The notes: generated from the sequence alone by a model not told the origin. Counted from the first letter of the stretch, positions 37,609 through 50,237 are shown. The stretch: 64,000 nucleotides of DNA from Felis catus (GCF_018350175.1 NC_058368.1:237338001-237402000), one strand, 5' to 3'. A program made the numbers and translations.

Positions 37609-38903
37609 CTTATTGCTGTTTTAATTTGGATTTTCCTAATGACTAATGATGGTAACCATCATTTCATGCATTTATTACTTATTTGTTAATCTTCTTTGGT
37701 AAAATTTATTTCCACATCCTTTGTCTTTTTTTTTTCCACTGAGAAATTGTCTTGTTATTTATTGTGTTTCAAAAGTTCCCTATATATTTTGAATAAAAGT
37801 CCTTTATGGGATATATTATTTTTGCAATATTTCCTGTCTGTGTCTTGTCTTTTCAGCTACTTAATGACATCATTTTAAATAAAAGTTTTGTTTTTTAGCT
37901 TTACCAAAGTCCAACTTATCTATTTTTTTCTTACATGTATTATGCCTTTACTGCCATGATACAAGCTCTTGCCCTAATTGAAGTTCACAAGGATTACTTC
38001 CTATGTTGTCCTCTGAAATTTTATAGTTTTTACTCCTACATTTAGGTATAAGAGCCTCTATTACATAATATTATCTATGGTGTGAGATAAGGTTCCTAAC
38101 CCCCAAGTTTGTTTTCCTTTGTCGTTGTGTGTGTGTTGTTTGTTGCTTTGCATATTGATAACCATTTGTCCCAGAACTATTTATTGAAAAACGTATCCTT
38201 TACTTATTGAATTATTAATTTGTAGATTAATAATTGGCTTTCTATTGAAAATCTAGTAACCGTAATGAAAGGGTTCATTTCAGGCACCTCAATTCTATGT
38301 CTCTGATCTATAAATATATCCTGTCCTTAGTCTAATGCCACATTGTTTTTATTACTATAGCTTTTTAGTCAGTTGAAATCAGATGGTCTATATCCTCTGC
38401 ATTTTTTTCTTTATTTTCTAATTATTTAGCCAGTCCTTGAGTTTCCATATAAATTTTGTGATGAGATAATCAATTTTTACATAAAAGTGACCTACCTGGA
38501 TTTTGAGAGGGACTGTACTGAATTTTCAGATCAGTCTGGAGAGAATTGACACCTTCCTGTTTCGTATTCCAACGTGTGAATATGACATCCTTTCAATCAC
38601 ATTTTTCTTGTTCTCTCTGTGTTTTGTAGTTTTCAGTGTACTAGCCTTCCCATCTTCTGTTAAATTATTTCCTAGTATTTTATCTTTTGTCACTTTTTGG
38701 TAATGGGAATCGTATTCTCAATTTAATTTTCAGTTTTTATGTTGCTAAAATGAAGATATAAAATTAATTTTTGAAATACTGATCTTGTATCTTGAGATCT
38801 CTTAAAACCCATTTATTAGTTTGGGTTCTGCATTTGTGTATGTGTTCCTTAGGATCTTCTACACAATGGATCATGTAATCTGTGAATAAAAAAGTTTTGT
38901 TTC

Positions 38904-39095
38904 AAGGCACCTTGAAACAAAAGGTCAGTTGAGCGGTCTGACTTCTGCTCAGGTCATGATCTTGTGGTTCATGAGTTGAAGCCCTACATCGGTCCCACTG
39001 CTGTCAGCCTGGAGCCCACTTCAGATCCTCCCTCCCTCTCTCCCTGCCCCTCCCCTACTTGTGCTCTCTCTCAAAAATAAAAAATTAAGAATTAT
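38904..39095 (+). mobile_element. Can-SINE with rearranged 5' end
   Basis: gtcagttgagcggtctgacttctgctcaggtcatgatc...ctctctctcaaaaataaa; TSD aaaaa(a/t)gttttgtttc. Confidence 0.9.
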
Positions 39096-39703
39096 AAAAA
39101 ATGTTTTGTTTCTTCTTTTCTAATCTGTATATTTATAATTTCTTTTTAAAAATGTTAATTCTTGAGTTCAGTATTAAACAAAAGTTGTGAAAGTGAACAT
39201 CCTTGCTTTGTTCATGATCTTAGGGGAAAACATTCAGGCCTTCACTATTAAATACAATGCTAATTGCAGAATTTTTATAGAGTCCTTTGTCAGACAGGAA
39301 AAGTCCTCCATATTCCTACTGCACTGAGTACCTTAAAAATTATGAATGGATATAAGATTTTGTCATTTTTTTTGCACCAATTGAGATATTCTCGGGGCTT
39401 CTGTTCATTGATCTTTTCATATGGTAAATTGCATTAATTGTTTTTGGATGTTAAACAAATCTAGCAAGCCTGCTATACATTTCTGGATATATTTTGTAAG
39501 TTGTTGAATTTGATTTACTAAGACTTGGTTAAGTGTTCTTAGTCCTTTTTATGAGGGATATTAATCTGTCCTATTTTTTTTTCTTTTTATGTCTTTATCT
39601 AACTTTGGTATCACTGTTATTGACCTCATAGAATGAATTAGCAAGTGTTAGTTTCTTCTGTATTTTCTGGGACAATTTGTGTCATATTAGTAGTATTTTT
39701 TAA

Positions 39704-39918
39704 AAATTTTTTTTTCAACGTTTATTTATTTTTGGGACAGAGAGAGACAGAGCATGAACGGGGGAGGGGCAGAGAGAGAGGGAGACACAGAATCGGAAAC
39801 AGGCTCCAGGCTCTGAGCCATCAGCCCAGAGCCCGACGCGGGGCTCGAACTCACGGACCGCGAGATCGTGACCTGGCTGAAGTCGGACGCTTAACCGACT
39901 GCGCCACCCAGGCGCCCC
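39704..39918 (-). mobile_element. Can-SINE, youngest felid SINEC_Fc type, near consensus
   Basis: CpGs intact; perfect 17-bp TSD ttagtagtattttttaa (39687-39703, 39919-39935). Confidence 0.98.
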
Positions 39919-42549
39919 TTAGTAGTATTTTTTAATATGATGATAGAATTAATCTATGAAGTCATCTACACCTGGGGTTTTCTTTGTGGAAAGGTTTTTA
40001 ATTATTGGTTTAATTTCTTCGCTAGCTATAGCCCACTCGGATTTTCTATTTCTTGTTTAGTCAGCTTTGATATTTGTGTATTTCTAGGAATTGATTTTAT
40101 ATACATTGTCTAATATCTTGACATAAAGTTGTAATGTTCCTTTATAATCTTTTTCATTTCTGGAGAGCCATAAGAATGTCCCTTCTCTATTCCTGATTTG
40201 GGTAATTTGTATATCCTCTTTTTATTTTATAGTTATCCTACATAAAATTTATGAGTTGTCAGTTTTTTTCAAAGAATCATCTTTTAGATTCATAAATTTT
40301 TCTGTTTCTCTGGAGTGTTTTATTGCCTTTTACTCTGATTTTTATAATTTCTTTTCTTCTACTTGATTTGGATTTAATTTTCCCTATTTGTTAAAGTTTC
40401 ATGAAGAAGTTTAGATTATTGATTTCAGACATAGCTCCTCTAGTGAAAATATTTATATCTCTAAATTTCCCTCTAAATATTACTTTGGGTGCATTTCATC
40501 TGTTTCAATGTTGTGTTGTGTTTTTCTTTATTTCAAAATATTTCCTAATTGCTATTTTATTTTTTCTTTAACTCACAGGTTATTTAAAAGTATATTGCTT
40601 AATTTTCACACATTTGGTGATTCTCAAATTTCTCCTCATCATTGAATTCCAATTTAATCTTGCTGTGGTCAGGTGACATATTTTGTATGATTAAAATCCT
40701 TTAAAATGTATTGAGGTTTGTTTTATGACCCAGCATATGGTTCATCCTGGAGAATGTTTCATGTGTGTTTTGAAAGAATGTGTATTCTTCTATTTCTGGA
40801 GTGTTCTAGAAGTGTCAGTGAGGTTGGCTTGTCATGTTGTTCAAGTCTTCTATTTCCCTTTTTGTTTGCCTTCAGTTTAATTAACTCATCGGTTACGAAG
40901 AGTGTTCTTGATTAACTGACCCTTTAGTCATTATGAAATGCCTCTCTTTGTGATATTTTTTGATATTACTATAGCCATTCCAGATGTCTTATGGTTACTG
41001 TTGCACGATGTATCTATTCCATCCTTTTACTTTCAACCTATTCATATCTTTGGATCTAAAGAATATCTCTCATAGAAAGAATATAGCTGGATCTTGCTTT
41101 TTATTCACTGTGGAAATCTGGATTTAGCCTATTTATGGTTAATATTGGATTTATGTCTGTCATTTTGCTATTTCATTTCTATGTGCCTCATTTTTTTCTA
41201 GTTTCTCTGTTCCTTCTTTACTCTTTTGGGAAAATAAATGTTTTAGTGTACTATTTTATTCTGTAGATTTACATAACTATTTTAAAAACGATTTTGTGTT
41301 TGCTCTATAGATTCCAATATCATCTTATCACATTTACTTAAGACTAATACTAATTTAATTATGGTAAAATTTAGAAATTTTTCCCTAATACAGCTTCATT
41401 TCTTTTCCTTTCCTTTGTGCTATTACTGTGATATGATTTACATGACAGTATATATAATAATAGAACTATAATATAGTATAATCAATATGGCCACATATTA
41501 TATCACTGTATAAATATATACTGATATATATTCCCTATATATCAGTGTATTACATGGAACTATATTCATGTGAATTTATGTAATAAACGCAATAACAGTG
41601 TCATAATCATTACTTTATACAATCGGCCTCTTAAAGAGGAGAATGAATCCAGAACTTGCTTTAGTACGTCTTGTCATAAAAATCTGATACCAACAACATA
41701 TGGTCTTTGTTTATTTGAGAATATTGGCCTTCAGTTTTGAAGGATACTTTTACTCAACAACTAATTCCTCTTTGATATTTTTTAGATTTCTTTTTCTTTA
41801 AGCACTTTGCATATATAATCCTTCTGGTCTCTGATCTCCTTTGCCTGTGATGGGAAACCGGCCATTAATCATACTGTTGTTCCCCTGCATGTGACAAATT
41901 GCTTTTCTCGTGTTGTTTTCCAGATTTTCTCCTTGTGCACATTTCTATAGTTTGTACGACTAGGAATGAAGTGGCTAGGTTTTCAATTCAACTTTGATAC
42001 TCCAGTTTTCCAAAGAAGTTGTGCAAAACTAAGCTCTCGTCCCGGTAACTTTATTTAATCAGAATCTCCCATCAGTATTGGGTCATGGTCAATATTAGGT
42101 GCTGGGATTCCAGTTATCACAACGGCCCAGGATTCCTATGTGGCTGTAAGATAATGAATTCAGTTCACATCTTCATGGCTAGATACGAAGGAAGAGTTTT
42201 ATTGAGATTCTTAAGTGATCTGAGCCCTGAGCTAGGCCCTGAGGTCATGGGAGGAGGAAACACGTTGACCTGCTAACACAGAGCCACACTAACCTCTTTG
42301 AGCTCACACTAACGGCCACCTGTCTCTAGTCTATTCTGATATTCTGACCCTTGTCCTCATCATTCTTCTGGTGTCCCTACTCAGCCTGCTGGGGTGGCTT
42401 TCAGTTATTATATGGTTTTGGGGGAAAAGAGCCTTCAAGTATAGTTCTATGAGGAGGGGGAGTAATGTTTCGATCATTGTTTGTACATGGGGACAGAGGA
42501 ATGAGGCAGTGATAACTCCTGTCCTGAAGTTTGGAAGGCCTGAGGATTA

Positions 42550-42645
42550 TAATATATAATACATATTTTATTCTACATATCCTATATAACATATATGTTC
42601 TACATATTCTATATTCTATATATTTTATATAATGTATCTATATAC
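42550..42645. repeat. AT-rich low-complexity (TATTC/TA) tract
   Basis: aatatataatacatattttattctacatatcctatataacatatatgttctacatattctatattc. Confidence 0.75.
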
Positions 42646-43199
42646 GCATGTACATTTTAAGTCCCTTGAATTTAGTTTCCCAAGTATGTTAAAAATATGT
42701 TTTTACATTTTGAGATACTATGTCCCCAGTGTCGCTGAGAGAGGAAACTACTGTAAATTTTCGATTTTAAGAAAAGACAAGAACAAAACTTCTGTCCCTG
42801 TCTCAGTTGCACATTGTTCTTTGGCTTTATTGTCACTGAAAATAAGGTTCATTTGTAAATTCCACCTGTGTCTGCAGTTGTCCTTTCTTTCACACAAAAA
42901 TGTGCTTCAGATGTCTTTCCGTAAACGCACCAGGCGATGCAGGTAATTCTGGAACAGCAGGAAGACCACTGGGTGTCCCATAGCAGAGGGTGCGGGCTCT
43001 TTCCACACAAGCCACTGCTCCTCCCCTACTCCCCAAAGACGGAACCTGAAGGATGCAGAAAATCGAGCCTGGAATAAACTGATGAAAGATGCTTCGCACA
43101 CTTTCAGCTGATTGTCTTGGAGTCTGAATCACTTCTCTTTCAGGTGAAGAGTGTGGAAGACGGGACAGAGAGCTGTCAGGAAAGTCATGTGTTATCACC

Positions 43200-43395
43200 A
43201 CGCCAGGGGGGTTATTCCGTACTAAGGACTGAATTAGGTACATTCCATGTCTTCTGGTTACATCCTATGAAGTGGGTATTCTTGTCCCCATTTGCAGATG
43301 AATAAACAATGAGTTGGGGGGGGGGCTGTGTAACTGGACTTTGGTCACACAACTACTAATCCCACCCCAGGTCTGTCTGATTCCGATGCCCCGGC
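43200..43395 (-). mobile_element. MIR
   Basis: catcctatgaagtgggtattcttgtccccatttgcagatgaataaac...ggtcacacaacta...cccaggtctgtctgattcc. Confidence 0.75.
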
Positions 43396-43775
43396 TCGGT
43401 CAATGGCATCTTCTGCTTCCATGATGCACCGTTCCACATTTTCCTGCACCCACCATGAGGCCTCTGGGCAGAACTCAGAAACCCGTCGCTGCTTGGACAG
43501 ACACCTCGGGAGAACAATTGACATCACAGAAGCCAGGTTGATCCATGATGTAATCTTCAAACATGGGGAAACTCAAAGCAGTTCTGTACTGCCGAGAACC
43601 AAGAGAAGGAGGTCAAAGTGACTTTTGAGGCTCGCTACATATGTATATGGCTGTAATGTCCCTTTGACACAAAAGTGCTCAAGTGTGAGTCTCAATCTAG
43701 GAGCTGAGACCTTTTCCACTCTAAGGAAAAATTTCTCCATCGTGCCCACGTGCCGCCAGTGCCATGATCCCTTCT

Positions 43776-43991
43776 TTTTAAAAATTTTTGTTAACGCTTA
43801 TTTTTGAGACAGAGAGAGACAGATCAAGAGAGGAGGAGAGGCAGAGAGAGAAAGAGACACAGAATCGGAAGCAGACTCTAGGCTCTGAGCTGTCAGCCCA
43901 GAGCCCTATTCGGGTTTCAAACTCACGAACCCTGAGATCGTGAGCTGAGCCCAAGTCAGACGCTTAACGGGCTGAGCCAGCCAGGCGCCCC
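43776..43991 (-). mobile_element. Can-SINE
   Basis: Full body; TSD tgatcccttct. Confidence 0.95.
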
Positions 43992-44661
43992 ACAGTGATC
44001 CCTTCTACACGGACAGAGTCTCCTCGCTGCCCCCCTTTCCCTCACTGTGTTAGAAACGTGCTGCCACTCTCAGGCTGAGCTCTCAGCTCTCTCTGTTTGC
44101 CAAACACCCTTCCTTCATGTCTCACCTGGCTCCCTATGTGGCAGACGTTTTCATTGTCACTTCTAGCATGAGCTTGGGGACTTCTCTTGTCCGCCCTCTG
44201 CCCCATACGTCACACAGCTCATGTGTGCCCAAAGAGCCATTATTTCTCCCAGGACTTGGCTCAGCTCTCAGATTCACTGTGCTTTCCCCCGGAAGCTTTC
44301 AGAATTAAACCTGCAGTTGCCAAATACTGAATTTCGTCAACTGAATGGAATAATGGGACAAATATGAATACTGTCATTTAGAGTAAGCTTTTTGTCCTCC
44401 ACAACCCGATGAAGGAGTTGATGATTAATTGCTTCCGTGACTCCATTTCTTTTAAAGTCACACAATCATAGGTAGACAGGATTAACTTGTGGTAGAGGGT
44501 GAGACAATCATAGAGAAGTAACAATACTAATCAAAATGACTTTCAACAGGATAACACAAGTTTGCTGTGAAGGATAGCCTGTGCTAATTTTGTATTGTTG
44601 TCAAAATGAAATTTGAACTTACAAGCCTACAATGCAAGGAGTTTCTTCACACTCGACAACC

Positions 44662-45103
44662 AGTATCAGTTGATTTTTCCTATGTAACAAGTGGCCTCAA
44701 CTCTTAATAGCTTAAAATAATCATTAGTCACTAGTTTATGATTCTGTGGGTGGACACCTTGAATTGGACACCCGTGGGTGATTTTCTCGCCTGGAGTCAG
44801 TGTGTCGGGGGCTGGACGTCCAGGATGGGCTCCCATGCATTGCTGTCCACCCGGCTCCCAGGTTCTGCTCCGTGGGACTTTGCAACAGGCTGGTTCAGGC
44901 TTATGCACATCAGGCCACCAGTTCCCAGTGCAGTGAGAAGACAGAAGGCCCAATGCACCAGCATGGTTGAAGGCTCTGCTTCAGTCACAGTTGCTAATGC
45001 CTCATGGGCCCCATCTGTCATAGGCCCAACCCACATTCAAGGGGTGGAGACGTAGGTGCAAGTCTTGGCCTGGATGGCTGAGAGGACTGTGTGATGGGCC
45101 ACA
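44662..45103 (-). mobile_element. Old MLT1 (MLT1H/I-like) LTR
   Basis: gtatcagtt...tgtaacaa...tagcttaaaataatcatt...atgattctgtggg...ttgctaatgcctcatggg...cccacattcaaggggtggaga. Confidence 0.7.
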
Positions 45104-45204
45104 TGTCCCCACACTTCCCATCTATTCCTCCTTGAAGTCCTCCTCAGGCAAAGGGGGTACAGTATCATGCTCCTTGGTTTTGCACATTTTGACTGGTTGG
45201 CTTA

Positions 45205-45290
45205 TGCATTCATTCGATAAATACTCACTGAGTACCTCTTCTGTGTCAGCATAATTTCAGATGCTGAAGATACGAAGACGGAGATGTCAA
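45205..45290 (-). mobile_element. L2 3'-end fragment
   Basis: atgcattcattcgataaatactcactgagtacctcttctgtgtcagca...gatgctgaagatac. Confidence 0.65.
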
Positions 45291-45329
45291 AGGACTGCAC
45301 TGATTCTTAAGAGAGAGACCATGACTCCC

Positions 45330-45410
45330 TGAACCACAGGAATCTACCCCAAAAACCAAAAGCACACTTTACACACTGTATGTTAGCCAATTGGACAATA
45401 AAGTATATTA
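45330..45410 (+). mobile_element. Extremely 5'-truncated felid L1 3' terminus
   Basis: gaaccacaggaatctaccccaaaaaccaaaagcacactttacacactgtatgttagccaattggacaataaa, matching the recalled felid L1 3' end. Confidence 0.75.
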
Positions 45411-45607
45411 AAGAAAAAAGGAAACAAAGAAAGAAGAGAGAAAGAGAGAAAGAAAGAAAAAAGACAGAAGGAGAGAAAGAGAGAAAGAAAAAAAGAAAAA
45501 AGAAAGAAGAAAGAAAGAACAAGAGAAAGAAGAAAGAAAAAGAAAGAGAGAAAGAAAGAAGAAAGAAAGAAGAAAGAACAAATGAAAGAAAGAAAGGAAG
45601 AAAGAAA

Positions 45608-45651
<44 letters not shown>

Positions 45652-45655
45652 GAAA
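45409..45655. repeat. (GAAA)n/GA-rich array derived from the L1 poly(A) tail
   Basis: aaagaaagaaagaaagaaag...; source of the spurious K/E/R- and F/S/L-rich ORFs. Confidence 0.95.
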
Positions 45656-46462
45656 GTTGCCTAGAAAACTTGGCATTTTCTACTATAAACATACTCTATC
45701 TAAATGTGAGTTCTCAATTTTGTGAGATCCATAATAGTTACTTCAAAATTTTAACCCAGTTCTTGTTTTATTTGATTTCATGGATTTTGTTATGAATTAT
45801 CAATTTCCAATCGGAAAGAGGTATATAATACATTGAATAAATATGTGAATATAAAAAAAAGAGAATGATCAAGAGAACCACTAGTACAAGAAGTGATGTT
45901 GGTAATAAAGGCAAGTATTTCCACTGGGTGGGTTTTAGAAATAGCAAGAGGAGATTCGACCTGGGTCTCGGAGGATGAGAAAGTCACAGGTCAAATAGGA
46001 AGGGAAAGCCTTCCATCAGCACTGCAGGTCATGAAATAGCCGTGGCCCAGCACCTGCAGGTTCCCGGTGTTGCTGGAAGGTTGGGCAACACAGAGGTGCC
46101 TTCCTGTCCTGTAAGGACGCGGCAGTAATCGATTCACAGAGTCATGAGACCTGAGCAGGGAGGAAACTTCAGGTCTAACTTCTGATTCCTAGAAAATAAC
46201 ATTGCGATCTGGACGGTGAAGATCCTGCCTAAGGTCCCACGACCCCTGGGATATTTGCTGTTACCTATGTGCTCAGGCTGTTTTCCACTTTGTTAGGTCA
46301 ACCCCGGGGGAGTAGCGCAGTTGGCAACACTGACGTGTTGTGCTGAAAACTGTATTTTAGAAAAATTAGCTGCGTCTCAAGGGAACCTTATTTAATACTT
46401 ATGATTTACTTGTGATTGTTCCAACCAGATGTGCCAGCTTAGGATCCTTGAATGCCTGCGTT

Positions 46463-46627
46463 CATACACACACGTGCATACACACATATGCACACCCGTA
46501 CATACTTAGGTACGAACGTGTGTCCCTGCACATGCATACATGTGCACGCATACATAACATACAAACCTACACACATGCGTTCACACGTATGTGCATACAA
46601 ACACACATGCATGTGCACACACACACA
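46463..46627. repeat. Degenerate (CA/CATA/TG)n simple repeat
   Basis: catacacacacgtgcatacacacatatgcacac... Confidence 0.85.
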
Positions 46628-48296
46628 ATTGGTTCTAGTAACAGATTTGGAGAAATTCTAAAAAGCCTTCCCTGTTTCTGTATCTGCATTTACCCCTGGA
46701 CCCCTGTGCTGTGTCTCTCACAGGTCAAAAATGAGCCGATCTGAGAAAGAGGATTTGACTAATGTTTTAAGTACAAACTATCTGCTACCTTAGTGTTACC
46801 AGGATTTTATAAAAAGCACTGCTACGTAACAGTGCTCAATAAAAGCTGTTTCTTAAAGTGTGGTGTTTTGACTGTAATTCCCCCAACTAGCTGAAATGGT
46901 ATGGGACGAAATGGTATGCGTTCTAGGGTCAAGTTAAATTCTGGGATGGTGGGGTGGGTGTCGCACGTGAGGCGTGCGGAGAAGAACGAAGGAATGGCCC
47001 GACAACTTTGGCCGTCTAACCCAGGATCGAGGGCGGCCAGGTTGCTGAAATTCCACAGTGAGGTTGGGGAGGGGGGTGAAATGGTACCTCCTCTCATGAA
47101 GGGGTGGATGGAATGTGACGTATTAATTGAAGAGATGATTGAACCAGCCTGATGGGAAGACCAGAGCTTCACCCTGCTGCCGACATCCCACGGGACGATG
47201 AGCCAGGAAGCCCACTATGCCATTCTCCAGTTCTGGCCATTAACTGTCCCCCTGCATCTTCGACTTTGACTATCTGAGAACATGCACCCCCATCCATTGT
47301 CTCGTATGCTCTCCGTGTTCCAAATGAATTTTCTGCTAATGAGCTCCAACTTGTAATACCAATGAATAGCATGATGTGGTTTTCTGTGACAATTTTAGAG
47401 TCAACTTCGTGTTTTGAAATTAAAAAAAAAACTCCACTTGCAAAACTAAGACACACTGACTAAAGTGAAGTAGTGAATTGAGACACACATAGTGAATATG
47501 TGTAGTTGGTTTTTTGAGGTTGAATTATGCAGATTGGCTGCCCGCGCTGTGTGCTTCACATCACGCTGGGATGACCTGGCATCGTCTCAAAAACATCACA
47601 ATTTGTAACCAACGGGCATTTTACCTCTTCTATTAACTCTTTAAATGCACTTGCACATGTTCCTAGAGATCTAACAGGAGGTCACTAATAAAATAAATAA
47701 CCTCAACTCATATTACCTAATCTTAAAGAACCTAAGCGTGTTTTGAAGATGTTTGATTCTTCACTTTATTTTCAGGACTCCTTGGTCGAAGCGTCCTTTC
47801 TGTAAAACTATCCAAGTCTTCTGAATCTGGATACTGATTGCATATTTTAGGTGGTGGGAATATACTTTTGGTGTCACTGTGTAATGTTACATGCTCTTTT
47901 CTCACTGCCGTGAGTTCGTGAAAACAGGTGGGTAGACAGACCGTAGGTCAGACCAGGTCCCTGAGCGACTGTACTGAGCAGGGGCTGTCCTGCTGGCGTG
48001 TGCTTGGTGAGCAGCATCACCGAGAAACACACTGTGTTCAAGTGACTGGGATTTTAAGGCTGGCTGTTACTCTAGTCCATTCAGAGCGATCATTCGCTGT
48101 GGCACGCACAGGACAGGCAAGGTGGACTTCTGCCGTCTTGCCAAAAGTAAGGATCACGACGCCTTCCATTCTTAAAAGTGGCTTGGTTCGGATGACCATT
48201 TCAAGCGAAACTGAGTCTATCGGGACAAAAACAACTTCCTAACTCTTAGAGGAAACAGAACAAAGGAATAGTGCTCAATAAATTCAAATGAAGCAT

Positions 48297-48339
<43 letters not shown>
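48297..48339. repeat. (GA)n microsatellite
   Basis: gagagaaagagagagagagagagagag. Confidence 0.92.
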
Positions 48340-48340
<1 letters not shown>

Positions 48341-48715
48341 CAAAAGGAAGAAACATATAAAAAATAGTAGGAACAAGTCTAAATAAATCATCAAATATAA
48401 TTAGTACAAATGGACTAAGAACTCTAATTAAAATTCTAATATTATCGAACTGGATTAAGGAGAAACAAAATGCATAAGCCTTTCTAAGATACAATTAAAA
48501 ACATAAGGAAACAAAAGGTAGAAAACAGAACGATGAAAAAAGATATGGCAGGAAAATAGTAACCAAACACTGTCCCAGTTATATTAAGGTGAAAGGCATA
48601 TAGACGTGAAGGGACACTACATATAGATACAAGAGTCACTTGGGAAAAAAGATACAACAAATCTAAATTTGTACAAACCCAACAGTAGAGTTAAAATACA
48701 TGTCAAAAGTTGATT

Positions 48716-49242
48716 TGCACAGCTAGGAATTTACCCACAGAAAACTAATTCAAAGAGATACATGCACCCCAATGCTTCCAGCTGCATTACCAACAATAGC
48801 CAAATTATGGAAGCAGCCCAAATGTCCACTGACTGTTGACTGCATAAAGAAGATGTGGTGACTATATCAGCGGAATATTAGTCAGCCATCAAAAGAATGA
48901 AATCCTGCCATTTGCAATGACATGGATGGAGCTAGAGAGTGTTACATTAAGTGAAAGGAGTCAGAGAAAGACAAATACCATATGATTTCACTCATGTGGA
49001 GTTTAAGAAACACAACCAACAAGAAAAGAGAGGGACAGAGAAAGAGGCAAACCAAGAAACAGACCCTTAACCCTAGAGAACAAACCGATGGTTGGTGGGG
49101 GGAAATAGGTGACGGGGACGAGAGAGTGCACTTGGGATGAGCACCGGGTGATGTACGGAAGCACTGAATCACTGTACTGCACCCCTGAAACTGATATTAC
49201 ACTGTATGTTAACTAACCGGAATTTAAATAAAACGTTTAAAA
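48716..49242 (+). mobile_element. 5'-truncated carnivore L1 (L1_Carn-type) 3' end
   Basis: gatacatgcaccccaatg...atagccaaattatggaagcagcccaaatgtcc...gatgagcaccgggtgatgtacggaag...tgtatgttaactaaccggaatttaaataaaa. Confidence 0.92.
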
Positions 49243-49376
49243 CATCAATTTGATTATAAAGGGACATCCACAATCATAAAAGCTTTAAACACAGATCTTA
49301 CACATTTTAAACATCAATAAAAATCAGAATATTAGAATAGCATATTTAATAAGCCTGATCTAAAATACTCTTTCCA

Positions 49377-49593
49377 GGGACTCCTGGGTGGCTCAGTCGG
49401 TGAAGCGTCCAACTTCGGCTCAGGTCATGATCTCGCGGTCGGTGAGTTCAAGCCCCGCATCGGGCTCTGGGCTGACAGCACAGAGCCTGGAGCCTGTTTG
49501 AAGATTCTGCGTCTCCCTCTCTCTGTGGCCCTTCCCCGTTCATGCTCTGTCTCTCTCTGTCTCAAAAATAAATAAACGTTAAAAAAATTTTTA
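49377..49593 (+). mobile_element. Can-SINE (SINEC_Fc2-like)
   Basis: Full body; TSD aaaatactct(t/a)tcca. Confidence 0.96.
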
Positions 49594-49633
49594 AAAATAC
49601 TCTATCCAAAAATAACAGAATACAAATTATTTT

Positions 49634-49860
49634 CTTTTTTTATTTTTAATTTTTAAATGTTTGTTTTTGAGAGAAACAGAAGGCCAACAGGGGAGGGGCA
49701 GAGAGAGAGGGAGACACAGAATCCAAAGCAGACTCCAGGCTCCAAGCTGTCAGCACAGAGCCCAATGCAGGGCTCAAACTCACAATCTGTGAGATCATGA
49801 CCTGAGCTGAAGTCAGACGGCTCAGTCAGATGAAGTCAGACTGAACCCCCCAGGCACCCC
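49634..49860 (-). mobile_element. Can-SINE with a small internal duplication near its 5' end
   Basis: Full body; TSD aatacaaattatttt; tgaagtcagac occurs twice. Confidence 0.94.
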
Positions 49861-50111
49861 TAAAATACAAATTATTTTTAAGCACACTGGTAATGTCAAA
49901 CAAACATGTAATTCAAATTCCAACATGAAGGTGATGTGACCACACACTGGCTCATGGCACAAATCCTGACAAGTTTCAAAGGACTGTATGATGCAGGATA
50001 CATTTTCTGACCATCGTGAAGTCAAGTTAAAAATCAAAAGCAATCTATAACTATATATAGAAAGCTTATGTGTGGAAAAACCCACATACTTGGAAATTAA
50101 GGAAAACAGTT

Positions 50112-50237
50112 GAATTCAGTCAGCCCTCAGTTCTTTTTCAGGAGGAATCATTCTACGAATAATGTGGATTTGGTGTGTACATGGGGGGTGGGCGGTGAGC
50201 TCTGGCACTCTCTGCGTCGCCATGTTGGACTGGAACC
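50112..50237 (-). mobile_element. Isolated L1 5'-terminal fragment (L1MA9/L1_Carn-type 5' end)
   Basis: Minus strand ggttccagtccaacatggcgacg...gagctcacc...cacaccaaatc...ttcctcctgaaaaagaactgagggctgactgaa. Confidence 0.65.

Larger units (their letters stand above)
37210..41940 (-). mobile_element. Long old L1 (L1MB/MC-like) spanning ORF2 into ORF1, with three SINE insertions
   Basis: Continuous antisense L1 landmarks: tttcctaatgactaatgatg, gtgaacatccttgctttgttcatgatcttaggggaaa, gacctcatagaatgaatta, tttccctctaaatattactttg, cttttactttcaacctatt, ttttgaaggatacttttact. Confidence 0.88.

Noticed and set aside
41520..41546. 11-bp hairpin actgatatata/tatatatcagt
   Set aside because: Mostly (TA)n self-complementarity in a low-complexity part of an L1
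45307..45692. K/E/R-rich and F/S/L-rich ORFs on both strands
   Set aside because: Translations of the GAAA microsatellite
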